A DNA stretch of 64,000 nt, taken from contig OZ076409.1 of assembly GCA_964187785.1 (NCBI GenBank), forward strand, positions 19,096,001 to 19,160,000, written 5' to 3'. The notes beneath the pieces were generated by a model, which saw only the letters and a list, made by a program, of their open reading frames with translations, searched no databases and was not told the DNA's origin. The DNA is from Amphiscolops sp. MND2022. Its lineage: Eukaryota. The position numbers and the translations under genes were made by a program. Each line of letters begins with the position of its first letter. The first letter of the stretch is position 1. Positions 60,511 to 64,000 of this stretch are shown piece after piece.

Positions 60511-61341
60511 TTGCATCTAGTTGCCTTCATAAACTTCAAAATAGCTAAAAAATTCATTATGGATAAATACACAAAATCTGGAAAGCTCTTCGAGATGGCT
60601 GAACTGGACTCAGACTCTTCAAGCGATTCAGTCATTTACATAAGCAGTGATGAGGAAACCTCAGTTGATTTGGACTCAGACTGGTCGACGGACACGGACG
60701 AAATGATCAGAAGGGTGGAGAAGCAGGTAGTGTCCAGCCCCATTCTAATTGCCGGACGTGTCATGACGACTAGCAGTATGGAGGAGGAAATGGTCGCAGG
60801 ACCAAGCACCAGACAGCCAGGGAAAGATGTGACTCCCAAGTTAGATACAAAATACTTTGATCACGAAAGGTGCTATGCCCCGTCAAAGAGAGCGGAGAAA
60901 TCACGAATTGAGCTCTGCAAGACGCTGCTACCAGTGCTAGAATCACCGATGTCTCCACCAATCCATGAGAGGGGGCCAAGCCAGGACACTCCTCTGACCC
61001 AGCCCGCAGTAAGTGATTTTCATGTGTCTTATCACGTGCAGAACTCGGTGCCCTACCAAAACGTCAGCGAGACCCAATATACTGGGTGTATGGTTTGCGG
61101 CCGCTCTGTAGATGCAATCAAGAGTGAGAGAGTCAGATGGTATATGGAACGATCCACCCCAAGGAACGAGCCCGAGCACATCACGAAGTTGAGGAAAGAA
61201 GCCTACGAGAATGGGCTTAATGCAGGATGCTTCCTTTTCATAACACCCGCAGTGTCGCAGGCTGCCGCCTGTGACGGCACGACGGTAACTACTTCGGCAG
61301 TTGATCAAGAATACGTACCCGGAACCTTACCTATTTATTAA
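60511..61341 (+). CDS. Accessory ORF of the Gypsy element (acidic SIM-like motif, CxxC); C-terminus lies in the 3' LTR
   Basis: Open 276 codons (likely start MDKYTK). SVIYISSDEE is SUMO-interacting-like; CMVCGRS present. The last ~29 codons are inside the LTR. Confidence 0.55.
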   Translation: MHLVAFINFKIAKKFIMDKYTKSGKLFEMAELDSDSSSDSVIYISSDEETSVDLDSDWSTDTDEMIRRVEKQVVSSPILIAGRVMTTSSMEEEMVAGPSTRQPGKDVTPKLDTKYFDHERCYAPSKRAEKSRIELCKTLLPVLESPMSPPIHERGPSQDTPLTQPAVSDFHVSYHVQNSVPYQNVSETQYTGCMVCGRSVDAIKSERVRWYMERSTPRNEPEHITKLRKEAYENGLNAGCFLFITPAVSQAAACDGTTVTTSAVDQEYVPGTLPIY

Positions 61342-63098
61342 GAACTTACAATTGATATCAAACTTTCACGCCATTTTGTTATTTTGTGCATTATGATCAT
61401 TGATGACGCTCATTTTATATACAATTAGTCTGTTAAATCTAACAATTGGAAATTTCAATCGAGTTGATGGAGTTGTAAGGCGCTAATTTAAAGCAATAGG
61501 AAATACAATGAAACGAGCAACTGTAAGGCAGTATAGGAAACGAGTTCAAGTGACGTACGGCAATGTACCGCCAGCGTCACTTGAGCACGTTACCTCAACC
61601 AATCATATCGCAGTATGCAATCTCGTTTATTGATGCTGTTTAATTAATGGCCGAGTAAGGCCGATTACCGCGCTTTTATTATTCTCTTTTGGTACACTGG
61701 TCAAATGGCCGGTTCCGTCCCATTAGTTCAAGATTGAAATAAGGTGATAATTTAACATGTAACAAATCATGTTTGTTGAGTTCGTGTTTTCATAATAGCC
61801 AGATCTTTGTTCTTAACTGATGCTTCGTTTTAATACCCAACCTTTTGCTAGGCCCTTAAGGCCATATTTCATTAGTACTTGCCCATTAATTAGCCGGCTA
61901 TTCCCGGCCATTGGAATTGTTACGTTCCTTTGAAAAGTGATGCAGTACATGTATTTGGGGCTAATCGGTTAATCAACGCATATAATTATTAATATGTCAA
62001 TTGGCCGTATTGGGCCTAATAACATGAGGTGCTTCACACTGCTGCAAAGCTAATTTAGGTCACGTGGTGGCACGTGCCAGAAAGGAATGTATGCAATGTT
62101 ATTTATATTCATGATGAGTACTAGTTCCTTTGATAGACGGAAATTTCATTTGATGCGCTAGTAAATATTTTGATGCCGCCTTTGATGAATGAATAGTTGT
62201 GATTGTAAAATGTTAGGAATTTTCCCAATCGGGACATCACCCTAAAATAGTTGCTTTGAAGTATTAATACCCGATGCCGTAATGATATTTGTCACATGAC
62301 CTGTTGAGGACATAACCACATGATATTATCTTGATCAAAGAATCCGTGGAATGCAAGTGTCATCTTTCAGGAGTATATATAGTCACTTTCCTGCAAAGGG
62401 AGACACAATTTCCATAACCTTGCTTTGATAAAGATTGATTTATTACAACGACGTTTGTCAGTTTTCCGGTTTTAATAATTGAATTATTCAACCCGGTTCA
62501 GTTTCAATGCCTACCACAAGGAAACAAAAGAAAGCGAGAAAATCAAGAGAGGCAGAAATGTTGTCAGATATTGAGAATTTAGACATAATGCTTGGAGGAA
62601 ATCATTATAATAGAAATGAAAGAAGTGAGAGTCTAAATAGCAACCAGGCCAGAAGACCTGGTAGTCCTTTTGGCGACGAATTTGAAAATGAGGATGAAAA
62701 TAGGTTATCTAACTCTGAGAACAATGGACTTAGTCCAAATGCCGAACCAGGCCAGAACTCAGCTAGAGGTAGTTCTAACGCCGAGATCAACAGATTGTCG
62801 AGTGAGTTGAATTCCCGTATATCTCGGGAGATGGATGAGATGATGAACAGCGTCAGTGTGCAGATTCAAAGAGCTATAAGTGAGGCAATTAGTAATCAAG
62901 TTCTTCCCCAGATTCAAAATGCCCTTATGGCCGATTCCGGACACATGACCAAAGAGAGATGGAACGTTCCGTCTGAGAGACCGGAAGGATATTCTGAAGT
63001 TCTGCGTAATTCAGACTCTAGAAACAATTCGAAGAGTAAGGCACATGGTGACCGTCAGAAAGACGGATTCACATCCTCAGATACTCGTGCTTACGACA
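61253..63098 (+). repeat. 3' LTR (1846 bp), carrying a truncated copy of the gag 5' end (62507-63106)
   Basis: Direct repeat of 46788-48633, followed by TSD TTCCT. Confidence 0.9.
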
Positions 63099-63564
63099 TT
63101 CCTTGAATGTTTTTGATCCTTAGAAATGGCGCCGACTTGGAACGTTCCCAAAGCTTCACATTGAAATGTCAACTGTTTTGTTCAGTTTGTTCAACTTCGG
63201 TACTGGATTGATATTATCGTGGGGCAAGTCTGAACTGCACCTAGCAAGCAATTTACAAAGCTAAACGGTAACAAATGGTCCTTCCTCCACTTTTCGAGGT
63301 TTGATGGCAGTGTGCGATTTTCGTTTCGAAATCTTAAATTTCACCGAATCGCCCCCTTTTGTTTTTTCTCAGTTAAAGAAAAACATTTGTCAACTCCAAG
63401 TTTTTTTAGAGAGTAGCGCTTTGCGCATTCTCAGCTTTAGGCGGGCGCCGACTTTGGCAGTTCTTATTATAAAACATGTCGCATTTTGAGCACATTGAGG
63501 TAAATACGTATGGTTACACTCAACTAAACTTCAAAAGTAAGCTCATCAATTTGACGCAGTAGTC

Positions 63565-63800
63565 AAGGGAGCATGGGGCAGTGGTTAGAGCATTTGGCCT
63601 GTACTGGGGGGGTATCAGGTTCAAATCTCTCTCAACTCACCATTGTTGGGCCTTAAGCAAGTCCTTCATCCCTAGCTTAGTGGCATGGTCAGTGACAAAA
63701 ATAAAGCATTTGGCAGAGAAAAGCAAAATGAAAAAGCTACGGTTAGCAGCCAGATCTTTGTGGCCTTGAGCAAGTCACTCTGAAACCACAGCTTCAAGTC
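63565..63800 (+). mobile_element. tRNA-derived SINE-like fragment
   Basis: A box GGGGCAGTGGTTAGAGC and B box GGTTCAAATC, followed by (g)gccttgagcaagtcact-type SINE central-domain motifs (two copies). Confidence 0.5.
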
Positions 63801-64000
63801 CACCATTACTTGACCATTTGACTGCAAATATGGTACCATAGTTTGCGAAAGGACGCCGACTCAGAAAAGCAGAGCTTCTTATTCGGTGCCCACCCCGTGG
63901 AATTGGTTGAAATTATTTAACTTTCTTCAATTAGCAACAATTCTTCAATTAGCTCAAGTTCTTCAATTCTTGTTCTGATAATATTCGATACTTGCGGCGT

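Larger units (their letters stand above)
46788..63098 (+). mobile_element. Young, full-length 16.3-kb Gypsy (Metaviridae) LTR retrotransposon with extra ORFs
   Basis: 1846-bp LTRs 46788-48633 and 61253-63098 (offset 14465, identical wherever compared by eye). Ends TGTCGCA...TACGACA (terminal inverted 6/7). 5-bp TSD TTCCT (46783-46787, 63099-63103). PBS TGGTGACAGG at 48634. Confidence 0.95.

Overview
Eukaryotic (animal-type, AT-rich, GT-AG introns) genomic DNA made up almost entirely of nested transposable elements, with no prokaryotic operons. The repeat families resemble those I recall from an acoel flatworm genome; this is unverified. Layout: (1) 1-4275, a decayed BEL/Pao LTR retrotransposon. 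(2) ~4620-5191 plus 22126-25084, a decayed minus-strand Gypsy element split by an insertion. (3) 5194-22123, a 16.9-kb DNA transposon with 17-bp TIRs and a TA target duplication. It encodes a RAG1/Transib-like DDE transposase with a C-terminal BRCT-like domain. Its cargo looks like a chromatin toolkit: a tyrosine-recombinase-like ORF followed by a SETD8-like SET domain, a Tudor-like ORF, and a spliced C2H2-ZnF/JmjC(KDM2/7-like)/ELM2 gene, all organised by palindromic CAGTGGAWTCCACTG repeat arrays. (4) A host phosphatidylinositol-transfer-protein gene (26289 to at least 38233) with a near-intact 9.2-kb BEL/Pao element in one intron. (5) LINE and Tc1/mariner fragments at 40.7-44.4 kb. (6) 46788-63098, a very young 16.3-kb Gypsy element with 1846-bp LTRs, a -1 frameshift gag-pol junction, ORFs crossing both LTR boundaries, no obvious PPT, and an antisense spliced BED-finger gene. 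(7) A SINE-like fragment near the end. The giant chromatin-modifier-carrying transposon is the best candidate for an undescribed system. All domain calls are by motif recognition, not database search.
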